Shown: in pieces, positions 36,047 to 45,954 of the stretch
Layout of the letters: every line of letters begins with the position of its first letter
Numbering within the stretch: the stretch's first letter is position 1
NCBI GenBank assembly: GCA_963713045.1
Contig: CAVQKE010000005.1
Span: 160,001 to 224,000 of the forward strand
Length of the DNA stretch: 64,000 nucleotides
DNA from: an uncultured delta proteobacterium
GTDB taxonomy: Bacteria > Myxococcota > Myxococcia > Myxococcales > Myxococcaceae
Direction: 5' to 3'
Made by a program: the position numbers and the translations under genes
The notes under the pieces: model-generated
Told to the model about the DNA's origin: nothing
The model's database searches: none
What the model saw: only the letters and a program-made list of their open reading frames with translations

Positions 36047-37207
36047 TCAACCGGCGTGAATAATCCCGGTCGACTTGGTGGCGCGCGCCCGCGCCGCCGC
36101 GCGCTGGTCAATCCAAATGGTGAGCGGGCTCGCGATGTACACCGAGGAGTAGGTGCCGACGATGATGCCCACCAGCATTGCCATCGCGAAGTCCCAGATT
36201 TCTCCCACCCCGAAAATGAGCAGGCCCACCAGGCTCAGCGCCGTCACCCCACCGGTCAGAATGGTGCGGGAAAGCGTCTCATTGACGGCAATGTTGATGA
36301 TGTCGGGCAGCGGCTTGCCCCGGTATTTGGCCATTTCCTCGCGGATTCGGTCGTAGATGACGATGGTGTCGTTGATGGAGTAGCCGGTGACGGTGAGCAG
36401 CGCGGCGATGGCGGTGAGGTTGAATTCGCGGCGGGTGACCAAGTAGTAGCCGGCCACCATCACCACGTCGTGCACCATGGCCAGCACCGCGCCTGGGGCG
36501 AACTTCAAGTCGAAGCGGAAGGCGACGTACAACAGAATGGCCACCATCGAATAGAGCAGCGCCGCGATGCCCTTGTTTCGCAATTCCTTGCCAACCTGCG
36601 GCCCGACGTAGTCGATGCGCTGGGTGGTGAAGTCCGGTGTGGCCAGGCCCTTGCTAAGCCCCTGGGTAATGCGGTCGGCCATGCCGGAAGCCACAATCTG
36701 GTAGTCCTGGCCTCCCCCCTGGGCCGGCCCCAGGTCGCGCACCTCCTTCACGCCCAAGCCGGCGGCTGCCACCGCCGCCCGCACCGTCTCCGGGGCAAGC
36801 TTATTCTTGCTGCGGAAGTTGACGAGGCCGTTCTCGACGTCGGTGTAGAAGTTGCTGGTATCCCCCATCCCCTGCAGCGCCTTCACCACTGCCTGGGCAT
36901 TCTCCGGCGTGAGTTGGGTGGTGCCACCGAGCCGCAACAGAAAGCTGTTCTCACTGGCGGCGCCAATCCCCTGCACGCTGACGTCCTTCAGTCCCGCCGC
37001 CTCCGCCCGGCCACGCACTTCATCGGCACGGATGGAGTGGTTGAACTTGAGCTCGACCACCGTGCCGCCAGCAAAGTCGACGCCAAAGTTGAACCCCACC
37101 GTGAAGATGCCGACCAGGATGGCCAGGTTGAGAACGGTGGAGATGAAGACCGCCGGCCGGCGCTTCCCGATGAAGTCGATGTTCGGCGTTTTCTTGAGAA
37201 TCTGCAT
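36047..37207 (-). CDS. secF: Protein translocase subunit SecF
   Basis: GVDFAGGT, VGPQVGKEL, HDV, GYSINDTIVIYDRIRE, TLSRT, GTYSS. Confidence 0.97.
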   Translation of the reverse strand: MQILKKTPNIDFIGKRRPAVFISTVLNLAILVGIFTVGFNFGVDFAGGTVVELKFNHSIRADEVRGRAEAAGLKDVSVQGIGAASENSFLLRLGGTTQLTPENAQAVVKALQGMGDTSNFYTDVENGLVNFRSKNKLAPETVRAAVAAAGLGVKEVRDLGPAQGGGQDYQIVASGMADRITQGLSKGLATPDFTTQRIDYVGPQVGKELRNKGIAALLYSMVAILLYVAFRFDLKFAPGAVLAMVHDVVMVAGYYLVTRREFNLTAIAALLTVTGYSINDTIVIYDRIREEMAKYRGKPLPDIINIAVNETLSRTILTGGVTALSLVGLLIFGVGEIWDFAMAMLVGIIVGTYSSVYIASPLTIWIDQRAAARARATKSTGIIHAG

Positions 37208-37213
37208 GCCTGG

Positions 37214-38983
37214 TTAGACCGAGACTGTCCGGGCGTTCCGCCCGTGGACGAGATAGGTGGTGATGGTGCGAGTGACGACGATGGAGGTGAAGAGCGACGC
37301 CAGAATGCCAATGATGAGGGAGGTGGCAAAGCCCCGCACCGGCCCCGTCCCGGTGAGCAGCAGGATGACGCCTGCAATCAGCGTCGTGACGTGTGCATCG
37401 AAGATGGTCCAAAAGGCCCGGTCGTACCCCTGGTCCACCGCCGCCCGTGGACTCTTGCCATTGGCCAGCTCCTCGCGGATGCGCTCATTAATCAGCACGT
37501 TGGCGTCCACCGCGATGCCGAGGGTGAGCACGAAGCCGGCAATGCCGGGAAGTGTCAGGGTGGCGTTGAAGAGGGCCAGCCCGGCGAGGATGAGGAGGCC
37601 GTTGAGCAGCAACGCCGCGTCGGCGATGAGGCCAGCGCCCCGGTAGTAGAGGGCCATAAACACCACCACCAGAGCCAGGCCAACCACCGCGGCCAGGCTG
37701 CCTTTGCGGATGAGTTCGTCGCCGAGACTGGCCCCCACCTGGCGAATTTCGCCCACCGTCACCGGCGCTGGCAGGGCCCCGGCCTTCAGCACCAACGCGA
37801 GGTTCTCCGCCTCCTGGCGCTGCTCGGCGTAGGACTTGTTGCCTCCGCGGCCGAGGGTGATGCGGGCCCGGCCATTGGGGATTTTCTCGTTGATGCGGGG
37901 GGCGGAGTTGACGTTCTCGTCGAGGACAATCGCCATCCGCTTACCGACGTTGGCCTCGGTCAGCTTGCCGAATTCCAGACCGCCCTGCGTGTCGAAGGAG
38001 AGGTTGACTTCGAATTCGCCGAGCTGGCCCACCGACGCGTCCGCCCCGGCCAAGCTTTCACCGGTGAGGGGCACCGTCTTGTCCACCAGGTAGGTGCGGT
38101 AACCCTCGCAGGCGCCCTTCTTCGTCTTCGAGGGCACGCATTCAAGCAGCACCTCCCGCCCAGCCGGCGTCTTGGGCCGCGCGTAGGCCAACAGGGGCTC
38201 GCGCTCCGGCCCCTGCAGCTGGTCGAAGCCCTCGGACTGGGTCAGCGTGATGTGCGAGTCGGCCGGGGGCGGGCTCTGGGCGAAAAGCTGTTTGAAATAG
38301 GGGCTCGCGTCGTCCACCATCCGAAACTCGAGCTGTGCGGTGGTGCCAATGAGTTCCTTGGCCTGCTCCGGGTCCTGTCGGCCAGGGAGCGAAATTTGAA
38401 TCGCGTCGGTGCCCAGCTTGCGCACGTCCACTTCAGCCACGCCCCACTTGTCGATGCGTCGGCGGATGACGAGCATCGCCTGGTCGACCGATTCCTCCTT
38501 GAAGCGCGCCACCTGCGCGTCCTTGAGGCCAAGCACCAGCTTCGGGCCGTCCCGGCTGATGACGCTGAAGTCCTCGAAGCCCTTCAGCTCCTGCTGGATG
38601 GCGTCCATCGCCGCGGCGTCCTTCGCCACCAGCGTCAGCTGCAGCCGCTCACGGTTCGCATCCACACTCACCAGGGACAGTCCCTTGTCACGCAGGTAGT
38701 TGGAGATTTGGAGCCCACGCCGCTCGACACGCTTCTGGAGCGCGGTCTTGGTGTCCACCTGCAGCACCATGTGAATCCCGCCCTGTAGGTCGAGCCCCAA
38801 ATTCAACCGGTGGTTGGGAAAATTGGCCCACTTCGGCAGCTTTTCCGAGAGCAGCTTGATGTCGTTGCGCTGCGCTCGAGGCAGGACGAAGAAGGAGTAG
38901 TACGTCGGGATGAGGTACCAAACCGAAAAGCCCGTCACCAAGAGGATGATGATGACGTTCCGCCACCAACTGCGGTCCATCAC
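37214..38983 (-). CDS. secD: Protein translocase subunit SecD
   Basis: LGLDLQGG, LKAGALPAP, TLTLPGIAG, AVDANVLINERIREE, GPVRGFA. Confidence 0.97.
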   Translation of the reverse strand: MMDRSWWRNVIIILLVTGFSVWYLIPTYYSFFVLPRAQRNDIKLLSEKLPKWANFPNHRLNLGLDLQGGIHMVLQVDTKTALQKRVERRGLQISNYLRDKGLSLVSVDANRERLQLTLVAKDAAAMDAIQQELKGFEDFSVISRDGPKLVLGLKDAQVARFKEESVDQAMLVIRRRIDKWGVAEVDVRKLGTDAIQISLPGRQDPEQAKELIGTTAQLEFRMVDDASPYFKQLFAQSPPPADSHITLTQSEGFDQLQGPEREPLLAYARPKTPAGREVLLECVPSKTKKGACEGYRTYLVDKTVPLTGESLAGADASVGQLGEFEVNLSFDTQGGLEFGKLTEANVGKRMAIVLDENVNSAPRINEKIPNGRARITLGRGGNKSYAEQRQEAENLALVLKAGALPAPVTVGEIRQVGASLGDELIRKGSLAAVVGLALVVVFMALYYRGAGLIADAALLLNGLLILAGLALFNATLTLPGIAGFVLTLGIAVDANVLINERIREELANGKSPRAAVDQGYDRAFWTIFDAHVTTLIAGVILLLTGTGPVRGFATSLIIGILASLFTSIVVTRTITTYLVHGRNARTVSV

Positions 38984-39315
38984 TTCTCCTCTTTCTTGTC
39001 CTCGACCTTGGGCGCGTCGGCACTCGTCACCGACTGCACCGAAGACTTCAGGACGCGGATTTTCACCCCTTGCGCCACTTCCAACTTCACCTCTCGGTCG
39101 GTAATTTCAGCAATTTTCCCGATGAGGCCCCCTTGGGTGACGACGCCATCCCCCTTCTTCAGTCCGGCCAGGAGCGCCTTGTGCTCCTTCAGCTGCTTCT
39201 GCTGAGGCCGAATCATCAAGAAGTACATGATGGCAATCATCCCCCCGAAGAAAAGGAAGGTCGTGTAGCTCTGCATTCCGCCCGCTTGGGCGAGCAGCAC
39301 GAAGTCTGGGTGCAC
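38980..39315 (-). CDS. yajC: Preprotein translocase subunit YajC
   Basis: YFLMIRPQQK, LKKGDGVVTQGGLIGKI; overlaps the secD start. Confidence 0.96.
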   Translation of the reverse strand: MHPDFVLLAQAGGMQSYTTFLFFGGMIAIMYFLMIRPQQKQLKEHKALLAGLKKGDGVVTQGGLIGKIAEITDREVKLEVAQGVKIRVLKSSVQSVTSADAPKVEDKKEEK

Positions 39316-39707
39316 GGTGGGTGTCTCCTCTGAAGGGGCTTCCCCCCGAGGGAAATTGGCGGGGGCAGCGTTTATCGGAGGTGGCTGCCCAGTACAAGGC
39401 GGGCGCCGCGGTTTCCGGCTCGACGCTTGCAGTAAATCAGCCGCCGATCAACCGGCCGCCCCCGAACGGCCGTTCAGGCCACCCCCAACCGCCCGCAGCC
39501 GAGGGGAATGACCAGGCCCAGCGGGCGGTCCCTGCGACGGACGCCCTCTGTCCAGCCTCCCCGGCGGGATCAGCCACCACCCGGGCCTGGCCAGTCATCA
39601 CCCCGGGGACATTCGGTCTGCGGCTGCAAGAAAACGTGAGAGGGGCCGTCGCTGAGGGGCACACCCCGACACGTCTTCGGTGTCGCCGACGGGGGTCACG
39701 GCTGCAG

Positions 39708-40550
39708 TTAGAATTGAGGTGCCACCTGACTCGAAGGCAGGTTGACTGACCCGTCTTCTGCGGGGCCACCACCCTCCGAGGTGACGGCGCCATCCTGCAA
39801 ATCGATGCGGAGGAGCGCCCTGCCGGCCTCGTTGTCGACCGTCACATCCGCTTCGCCCCCGTGGACTTGAAGGCTAATCCATCCCGGCGGGACTTCTGCG
39901 GACAACAGCACGGCGCGCATCGCACCTCCCTGTGCGACGAAGATGTGCCTCGAGGTGAGAAGCGTGACCTGCTCGAACGCGCAATCCAGGGCCACGAAGT
40001 GGTCCGGGCCGGTGTCGAAGCTGCTCTGCAGTCGCCAAGCGCCATCGTCCAGCTGGCGAAGCGTCCAGCCACCTTCCGTCTCGCCCTTGGCCGTGAGGAC
40101 TGCCACCGTGCCATTGCGACTGCACAAAGCCAGCGGCTGCTCCTGCTCGGGCAGTGCTTCGGCGCGCGGGGTGTTCTCCCCCTGGGCGAGGCTGCACAGG
40201 GTGCCGCTTTGTCGCAGCGTCCAGACGCGCCCTTGCGCGACGACGGCTCCCACCACCGCATCCGAAGGAGGGCAGACGTCGCTCGACCCCGCGCTGAACA
40301 TGCCAACCAACTGGACCCCCAAAAGAATGAGGTTGGCCACCCCTTGGACCGTGCCCGCCGTCGACTGGAAGCTGGGGCCTTTCGCGACGTGCACCGTGGG
40401 TTGCCCTGGCTGGGCTGGATGTGCTTGCGCCACCGGTGCACTGGGGCCGTGGGCTGGATGGCTTTGCGCCACGGGCGTACTGGCACACCCCGCCAGAAAG
40501 ACGCAGACCCACAGGAGGCCTACGGCACATGCGGCGAGAGGTTTGCCCAA
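39708..40550 (-). CDS. Hypothetical lipoprotein (possibly N-terminally disrupted)
   Basis: Lipobox LAG-C, a short internal repeat and a beta-rich, Cys-containing C-terminal part; sits between tgt and yajC. Confidence 0.6.
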   Translation of the reverse strand: MGKPLAACAVGLLWVCVFLAGCASTPVAQSHPAHGPSAPVAQAHPAQPGQPTVHVAKGPSFQSTAGTVQGVANLILLGVQLVGMFSAGSSDVCPPSDAVVGAVVAQGRVWTLRQSGTLCSLAQGENTPRAEALPEQEQPLALCSRNGTVAVLTAKGETEGGWTLRQLDDGAWRLQSSFDTGPDHFVALDCAFEQVTLLTSRHIFVAQGGAMRAVLLSAEVPPGWISLQVHGGEADVTVDNEAGRALLRIDLQDGAVTSEGGGPAEDGSVNLPSSQVAPQF

Positions 40551-40821
40551 AAGCCCATGCTTTCAGACTGGCTGCATCAGCAATGCCACGCTCGCCATGT
40601 CCGTCTCCTCAAGCGGTTGCGTCCTCTGACGTCTCTGCACTGAAAACATTCATCTGTCAGGAACCTCCATCGGACAGAGGCCCACCGCACGCCAGGCCGG
40701 CCGAAAGCCCGTGGGGGGAAGAGTACCCCCCCAACTGGCCCAGGGGGCGGCGCTCTGTTGAGAAAGCTGGCCAGGACCGCCCAACGTCGACTCGCGGCTC
40801 GCCGGCTTCCTCTGCGCCCCT

Positions 40822-41973
40822 TCAGTCGTCGCCCAGCCCCTCGTCCGTCTCCGTCGGGGCCGCTCCCTCGCGCGCAACGACGTCGGCGGCGAAAGCGGAA
40901 AACGTGTCCGCTTCAATCGCCTTCCGCGCCTGGCGCATCAGCTCTAAGTAATGGTGCAGGTTGTGGAGGGTGTTGAGGCGCAGCGCCAGCACCTCCCGCG
41001 TGGAAAAGAGGTGCCGGAGGTAAGCGCGAGAGTGGGTACGGCAGACGTAACAGCTGCAGGCCGCATCCACCGGCCGTTCGTCCTTAGCGTAGGCGGCATT
41101 GCGAATGACGAGGCGGCCGGTGGAAGTAAAGAGCAGGCCATTGCGCGCGCAGCGGGTGGGCAAGACGCAGTCAAACATGTCCACTCCAGCCGCCATGGCC
41201 AGAACCAGGTCCTCCGTCGTCCCGACACCCATCAGGTACCGCGGGCGCGCCGACGGCAAAAGCGGCGCCACCTCCGCCACGGAGGCGTGCATCTTCTCCG
41301 GCGCCTCGCCGACCGAGTAGCCACCGAGGGCATAGCCCGGGAGGTCGACTGCGCAGACCTCCATCAGGTGGCGCCGCCGCAACTGCGAGTCCAGGCCGCC
41401 TTGGACAATCCCAAACAGTGCCTGCGGCCCCCGACTCCACGCCGCCGCGCACCGGGCCAGCCACTTGGTCGTACGGGCCAACGCCTCCTCCAGGACTTGG
41501 CGCCCGCCGGTGGAGGGAGGGCATTCATCGAACGCCATGAGGACGTCCGCGCCCAGCGCCTCTTGAATGGCGATGGAGCGCTCCGGCGTCAGAAGGTGGG
41601 GGCTTCCGTCCAGGTGGGACTGGAAGACGACGCCCTCGTCCGAAATTTTTCGGGCCTTCGCCAGACTGAAGACTTGAAAACCGCCGCTGTCGGTGAGCAG
41701 CGGGCGAGGCCAACTCATGAAGCGGTGGAGGCCGCCCAGCCCACGGATGATGTCCTCTCCCGGCCGCAGCATGAGGTGGTAGGTGTTGGCCAAAACCATC
41801 TCGGCCCCAAGTGCCTCCAGGTCGTCCTGCCCGACGGCCTTCACCGTCCCGAGCGTGCCGACCGGCATGAAGACGGGCGTCTCGACGGTGCCATGCGGCG
41901 TGTGCAGCCGCCCTCGGCGGGCCCCGGAGGTGGCATCCCGGTGCAAGACTTCAAAGCGGAAGGGCCCCTTCAC
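40822..41973 (-). CDS. tgt: tRNA-guanine transglycosylase
   Basis: TPVFMPVGT, NTYHL, TDSGGFQVFSL, FDECPP, YLMGVG, DMFDCVLPTR and the CSCYVC zinc site. Confidence 0.97.
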   Translation of the reverse strand: MKGPFRFEVLHRDATSGARRGRLHTPHGTVETPVFMPVGTLGTVKAVGQDDLEALGAEMVLANTYHLMLRPGEDIIRGLGGLHRFMSWPRPLLTDSGGFQVFSLAKARKISDEGVVFQSHLDGSPHLLTPERSIAIQEALGADVLMAFDECPPSTGGRQVLEEALARTTKWLARCAAAWSRGPQALFGIVQGGLDSQLRRRHLMEVCAVDLPGYALGGYSVGEAPEKMHASVAEVAPLLPSARPRYLMGVGTTEDLVLAMAAGVDMFDCVLPTRCARNGLLFTSTGRLVIRNAAYAKDERPVDAACSCYVCRTHSRAYLRHLFSTREVLALRLNTLHNLHHYLELMRQARKAIEADTFSAFAADVVAREGAAPTETDEGLGDD

Positions 41974-43048
41974 TGGAGGCTGTCCTCGACCAGCATCGCA
42001 TCACCGTAGGAAAAGAAGCGGTACCCGGCCTCCACGGCCAGGCCATAGGCGGCCAACACCTTTTCCCGCCCTGCGAAAGCGCACACCAGCATGAGAAGTG
42101 TCGAGCGCGGCAGATGGAAGTTCGTCAACAACGCATCCACCACCCGGAAGCTGGCTCCGGGCCTCAGGAAGAGGGCGGTCTGGCCGACTCCGACCCGCAA
42201 GCGCCCCGTCTCCTCCACCGCGGACTCGAGCGTGCGCACCACCGTTGTCCCGACGGCCACCACCCGCCTCCCCTCTTCCCGCGCAGTTTGAATGCGCGTT
42301 GCCGCCTCCGCTGAGAGGTGGAAGCGCTCCGGGTGCATCCGGTGCTGTGCCTCATCCTCGCTGCGCACCGGAAGGAAGGTGCCTGGGCCAATTTCGAGAG
42401 TCACCGAAGTGATGGTAATGCCCCGCGCCGCCAGTCGTTCCAGCAGCCGCGGCGTGAGGTGGAGCCCGGCGGTGGGCGCGGCCACGCTTCCCGGTACCCG
42501 GGCGTAGACAGTTTGGTAGCGCGCCTCGTCCTCCGGGGTGGGCGCGCGATGAATGTAGGGAGGCAAGGGGAGGCGGCCCGCGCTGGCCAGACGCTCGCCC
42601 AAGGTGCCTTCCCCAGAAAAGACGACGCGCCACCGGCCCTCACCCAGCGCCGCCTGCACCTGAGCCTGGAGGCCGCCGAGAAACTCGACCAGCGTGCCCG
42701 GCCTGAGGCCCTTGCTGGACTGGCCAAGACAAACCCAAGCCTGGCCACTGGCGGGCTCGACCAGCGCGCTTCCACCGCGGTCCCGGCCGCCGGGTGCACC
42801 AGCAGCAATTCGGCCCGCCCACCCGTTGGGCGCTTGTGCCCCACAAGCCGCGCCGGTACCACCCGCGTGTCGTTGAGGACCAGCAGGTCCCCGCGGCGGA
42901 GGAGGTCCGGCAACTCGGCGTAGCGGTGGTGGGAAACAGCCCCGCCGCGCCTGTCCAGCACCAGCAGCCGCGAGGCGTCGCGCTCGGCCAGCGGCGCCTG
43001 GGCGATGGCCTCGGCCGGCAGGCGGTAGTCGTAGTCGGAGAGGGCCAC
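41970..43048 (-). pseudogene. queA: S-adenosylmethionine:tRNA ribosyltransferase-isomerase, frameshifted near 42765-42770
   Basis: The N-part (LSDYDYRLP, IAQAP, VLNDTRVVPARL) is in one frame and the C-part (PLPPYI, YQTVYA, SVAAPTAGLH, AVGTTVVRTLES, TNFHLPRSTL, FFSYGDAM) in another. Restoring one base gives 359 aa. Could be a sequencing error. Confidence 0.85.
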
Positions 43049-43080
43049 GGGAGCCGGGCCGCTTTTACTCCAGCCCAGCC

Positions 43081-44269
43081 TAGTATTCCGGAACCGAGAT
43101 ACGCGGTGAAAGTCGTGAGGGGTGTGATCTACTCGCGCGAATGGCTGGAACCGGAGAGACCGAAGGCTGAGCTGGTGGTGAGCGCTGAAGAGCGCGGTGT
43201 GCGTGGAGCGATTTGCCAATCGAAGTCGGGCGAATCGAGATCTTGCGTTCCGTGCCCGCATCGTGCTGCGAAGCCTCGAGGGTCTGACGAACTCGGAGGT
43301 TGCTCGGTAGCTCCGCTGCACTGGGGCGACGGTCGGCAAATGGCGGAAGCGCTTCATCGAGCTCCGGCTGGACGGTCTTCACGACGAGCCTCGGCCGGGC
43401 GTAGAGCGCACAATCACCGACGACCAGGTCGAGAGCGTCGTTGTCCGCACTCTTGAGACGAAGCCAAAGGGCGGCACTCACTGGAGCACGCGTTCGCTGG
43501 CGAAACAGATTGGTCTCAGCCACAGCAGCATCGGCCGGATTTGGCGCACTTTCGGGCTGCAGCCCCACCGGACGAAGACGTTTCGCCTCTCGGAAGACCC
43601 TTATCTCGTCGAGAAAGTGCGCGACATCGTTGGCCTGTACCTGTCGCCGCCCGACAATGCGGCCGTCTTTTCGGTGGATGAGAAGTCGCAGATTCAAGCT
43701 CTCGCCCGGGCGACTCCGGTGCTCCCGATGGACGTGGGAATGCCGGAGCGACGGACTCACAACTACATCCGTCACGGCACAACAGATCTCTTTGCAGCGC
43801 TCGATGTTGCGACCGGACAAGTACTTGGGCGCTGTTTCAATCGTCACCGGGCCCTCGAGTTCGTGAAGTTTCTCAAGGACATCGACGCGGGTGTTCAGCC
43901 CTCGCTGGACGTCCACGTCATCCTCGACAATCTCTCCACGCACAAGACGCCCGCGGTGATGCGCTGGCTCGTCCGCCACCCTCGGTTTCATCTGCACTTC
44001 ACGCCGACCCACGGCTCCTGGATCAACATGGTGGAGCGTTTCTTCGGCTTGCTGACGCAGCAAGCGCTCCAGCGCGGCTCTCACTGCAGCGTTCCCGAGT
44101 TAAAAGCAGCCATCACTGCCTTCATCGACGCGCACAATGAGGCACCGAAGCCATTCCGCTGGACGAAGACTGCTGACGACATCCTCGATTCCATGCGTCG
44201 CTTCGCGACGCGCACCCTCCAAGCTCATGCCATGTGACTTTTTCAACTATTCACGGATCCGGGGTACTA
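43081..44269 (+). mobile_element. IS630-family insertion sequence (decayed)
   Basis: CTAG at both ends (43080-43083, 44267-44270), consistent with a TA target duplication. Imperfect terminal inverted repeats TAGTATTCCGGAACCGAGA / TAGTACCCCGGATCCGTGA. Confidence 0.9.
43141..44237 (+). pseudogene. IS630 DDE transposase with two +1 frameshifts and a premature stop
   Basis: Extra bases near 43156 and 43203 and an in-frame TAG at 43308-43310. Motifs VGKWRKRF, SVDEKSQIQA, ILDNLSTHK and SWINMVERFF remain. Repaired length 364 aa. Confidence 0.88.
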
Positions 44270-44312
44270 GGTGCCCCTGCCGGAAGTCCGCACCGCCCGC
44301 CGGTTAGCCCGG

Positions 44313-44693
44313 TTAGCCCTTGGCCTCGTGCCGCATGAAGATGCCGGCCCAGGTCAGTGCGCCGCCCAACAGCGAGGTGTCCTTCAAGAAATTGATGGTT
44401 TCCAGCTGCTTGAGGACGGGGTCCGGGTTCCCCATCCCCGGGGCGTGCACAAAAACGATGTAGATGGCCAGCAGCAGGGCGATGCCCAGGGCCGCCCAGT
44501 ACCCTTGGATTTTCGTGATGAGACCGATGGAACCGGCCAGCATCGCGACGCCGGTGAAGTACACCCAAAAGATGCCGCCCGGGATGGGCACATAGGCCGC
44601 CATCTGCCGGCCATTCAGCAGGTGAAAGACGCCAAAAATCCCATAGGGCAACGCAAACAGGATGCGCGCCACCACCGTCGTCAAGGCTTTCAT
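44313..44693 (-). CDS. DoxX-family membrane protein
   Basis: Four hydrophobic segments; ARILFALP...FGVFH and NFLKDTSLLGGAL. Confidence 0.8.
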   Translation of the reverse strand: MKALTTVVARILFALPYGIFGVFHLLNGRQMAAYVPIPGGIFWVYFTGVAMLAGSIGLITKIQGYWAALGIALLLAIYIVFVHAPGMGNPDPVLKQLETINFLKDTSLLGGALTWAGIFMRHEAKG

Positions 44694-44776
44694 GAAACCC
44701 CCTCCAGGGTCAGCCACCCAAAGTCTGCCTGGCACTCTCCTCCGACGGCCCGGCCTCGGTCCACTCGCTGGGGCCT

Positions 44777-45871
44777 TCAGTACAGCGTCTGCAGCTCGGT
44801 GCCAGGGTAGTAGTACAGAAGAATCGCCCGGTAGCCTTTGCCCGCATCGGCCATCAGCTTGGCCCCCCACTGACAAAGCCCCGCGCCATGGCCAAACCCG
44901 CGGCCCACCAAGCGCACGCCGCCCCGTCCATCGGGCGTCACCTCGAAGAGGAGCGAGCGGACGCGCTCGTACCCAAGCCGCTGGCGAAACTCGACACCCT
45001 CGAGAACGCGGCTACCCAGCTGCAGCTTCCGGACACGGCCGGTGGACGTCCGTGCCAGGACGCGCAACTCGCCGTGCGCTTCGCCGCCAAGGGCTTGCTC
45101 CAACTCTTGAGCGCTCAGCGTCGTCGACCACTGCGTCCCGGGGTGCTTTCCGCACGGGCAGGGGACGGACTGTAGGTAGGGCAAGTCCCGCTGCAGGGCG
45201 GCGAGCCCGGTCTCGGTTTGGCCGCCGCACGAAGAGTGGAAATACGCCTCGATGGGCGCCAACTCGAAGGTGAGCACCTGGCCCCGGGTGCTGTCCGTCG
45301 CCTCGCGCGTCTTGGGCGTCTCCCGCTCCAGGCCCCCATACACTTGAGCCAACACGCTGCTGCCGAGGTGGAAGGGCTCGTCGAGTGTCTCGAGCTTCTT
45401 GTTCAGCGCATAGGTGCGCGCCGCCACCGCCTGTGCCCGGAGCGCCTCCAGCGGAAACGACGGCGGCATCTCCCCCCCCAGGACAGCCACCACGTAGTCC
45501 TCCAGGGGAAGCACGTTCACCAGCAACAGGTGTCCTCGCTCCACCAGCGCCACGACGTCCCCACGCACCCCGGTGCTGCCGACGCGGATGGGCTCGTCCC
45601 CCGTCCCGCGCTCCGTTTCTCCGGCGCGAAAGCGCACCGCCAGGGGCTCGGCCAGAATGCCATTCACTTCAAGCCGACCCTTGACGAGGCGAATGCGGGC
45701 CTCGCCAGCGCGAAGCGGCGTGAAGGGGCCGTCCTCCGTGTCCGGCCCGGCGGCGAGGTTGCGGCCCTTCAGCGTCACCGGGCCACTGCGCTCGCCGATG
45801 GCAATGCGCACCGTCTCGGCGCCATGCCCGATGCCAGGAAGGACCAGAAGCAACAACAGTGGGGTGCGCAT
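44777..45871 (-). CDS. SpoIID/LytB-domain protein (lytic transglycosylase-like)
   Basis: LEDYVVAVLGGEMP, ALRAQAVAARTYA, QVYGG, FHSSCGGQT, GFGHGAGLCQWGA, ILLYYYPG. Confidence 0.93.
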   Translation of the reverse strand: MRTPLLLLLVLPGIGHGAETVRIAIGERSGPVTLKGRNLAAGPDTEDGPFTPLRAGEARIRLVKGRLEVNGILAEPLAVRFRAGETERGTGDEPIRVGSTGVRGDVVALVERGHLLLVNVLPLEDYVVAVLGGEMPPSFPLEALRAQAVAARTYALNKKLETLDEPFHLGSSVLAQVYGGLERETPKTREATDSTRGQVLTFELAPIEAYFHSSCGGQTETGLAALQRDLPYLQSVPCPCGKHPGTQWSTTLSAQELEQALGGEAHGELRVLARTSTGRVRKLQLGSRVLEGVEFRQRLGYERVRSLLFEVTPDGRGGVRLVGRGFGHGAGLCQWGAKLMADAGKGYRAILLYYYPGTELQTLY

Positions 45872-45954
45872 CGGGCGAGGAGACCCAACTCTGCCCTGGC
45901 GGCCCTGCTGCGGCGAGGAAACCTCCGGCCGGCGCGTGCCCAGTCGCTTGCTCC

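Noticed and set aside
40563..40565. In-frame TGA read as selenocysteine
   Set aside because: It falls in a signal-peptide region with no redox motif, and I see no convincing SECIS hairpin after it.
44300..44317. 9-bp tandem duplication CCGGTTAGC at the doxX stop
   Set aside because: It is too short and not tied to the IS630 ends; probably local slippage.
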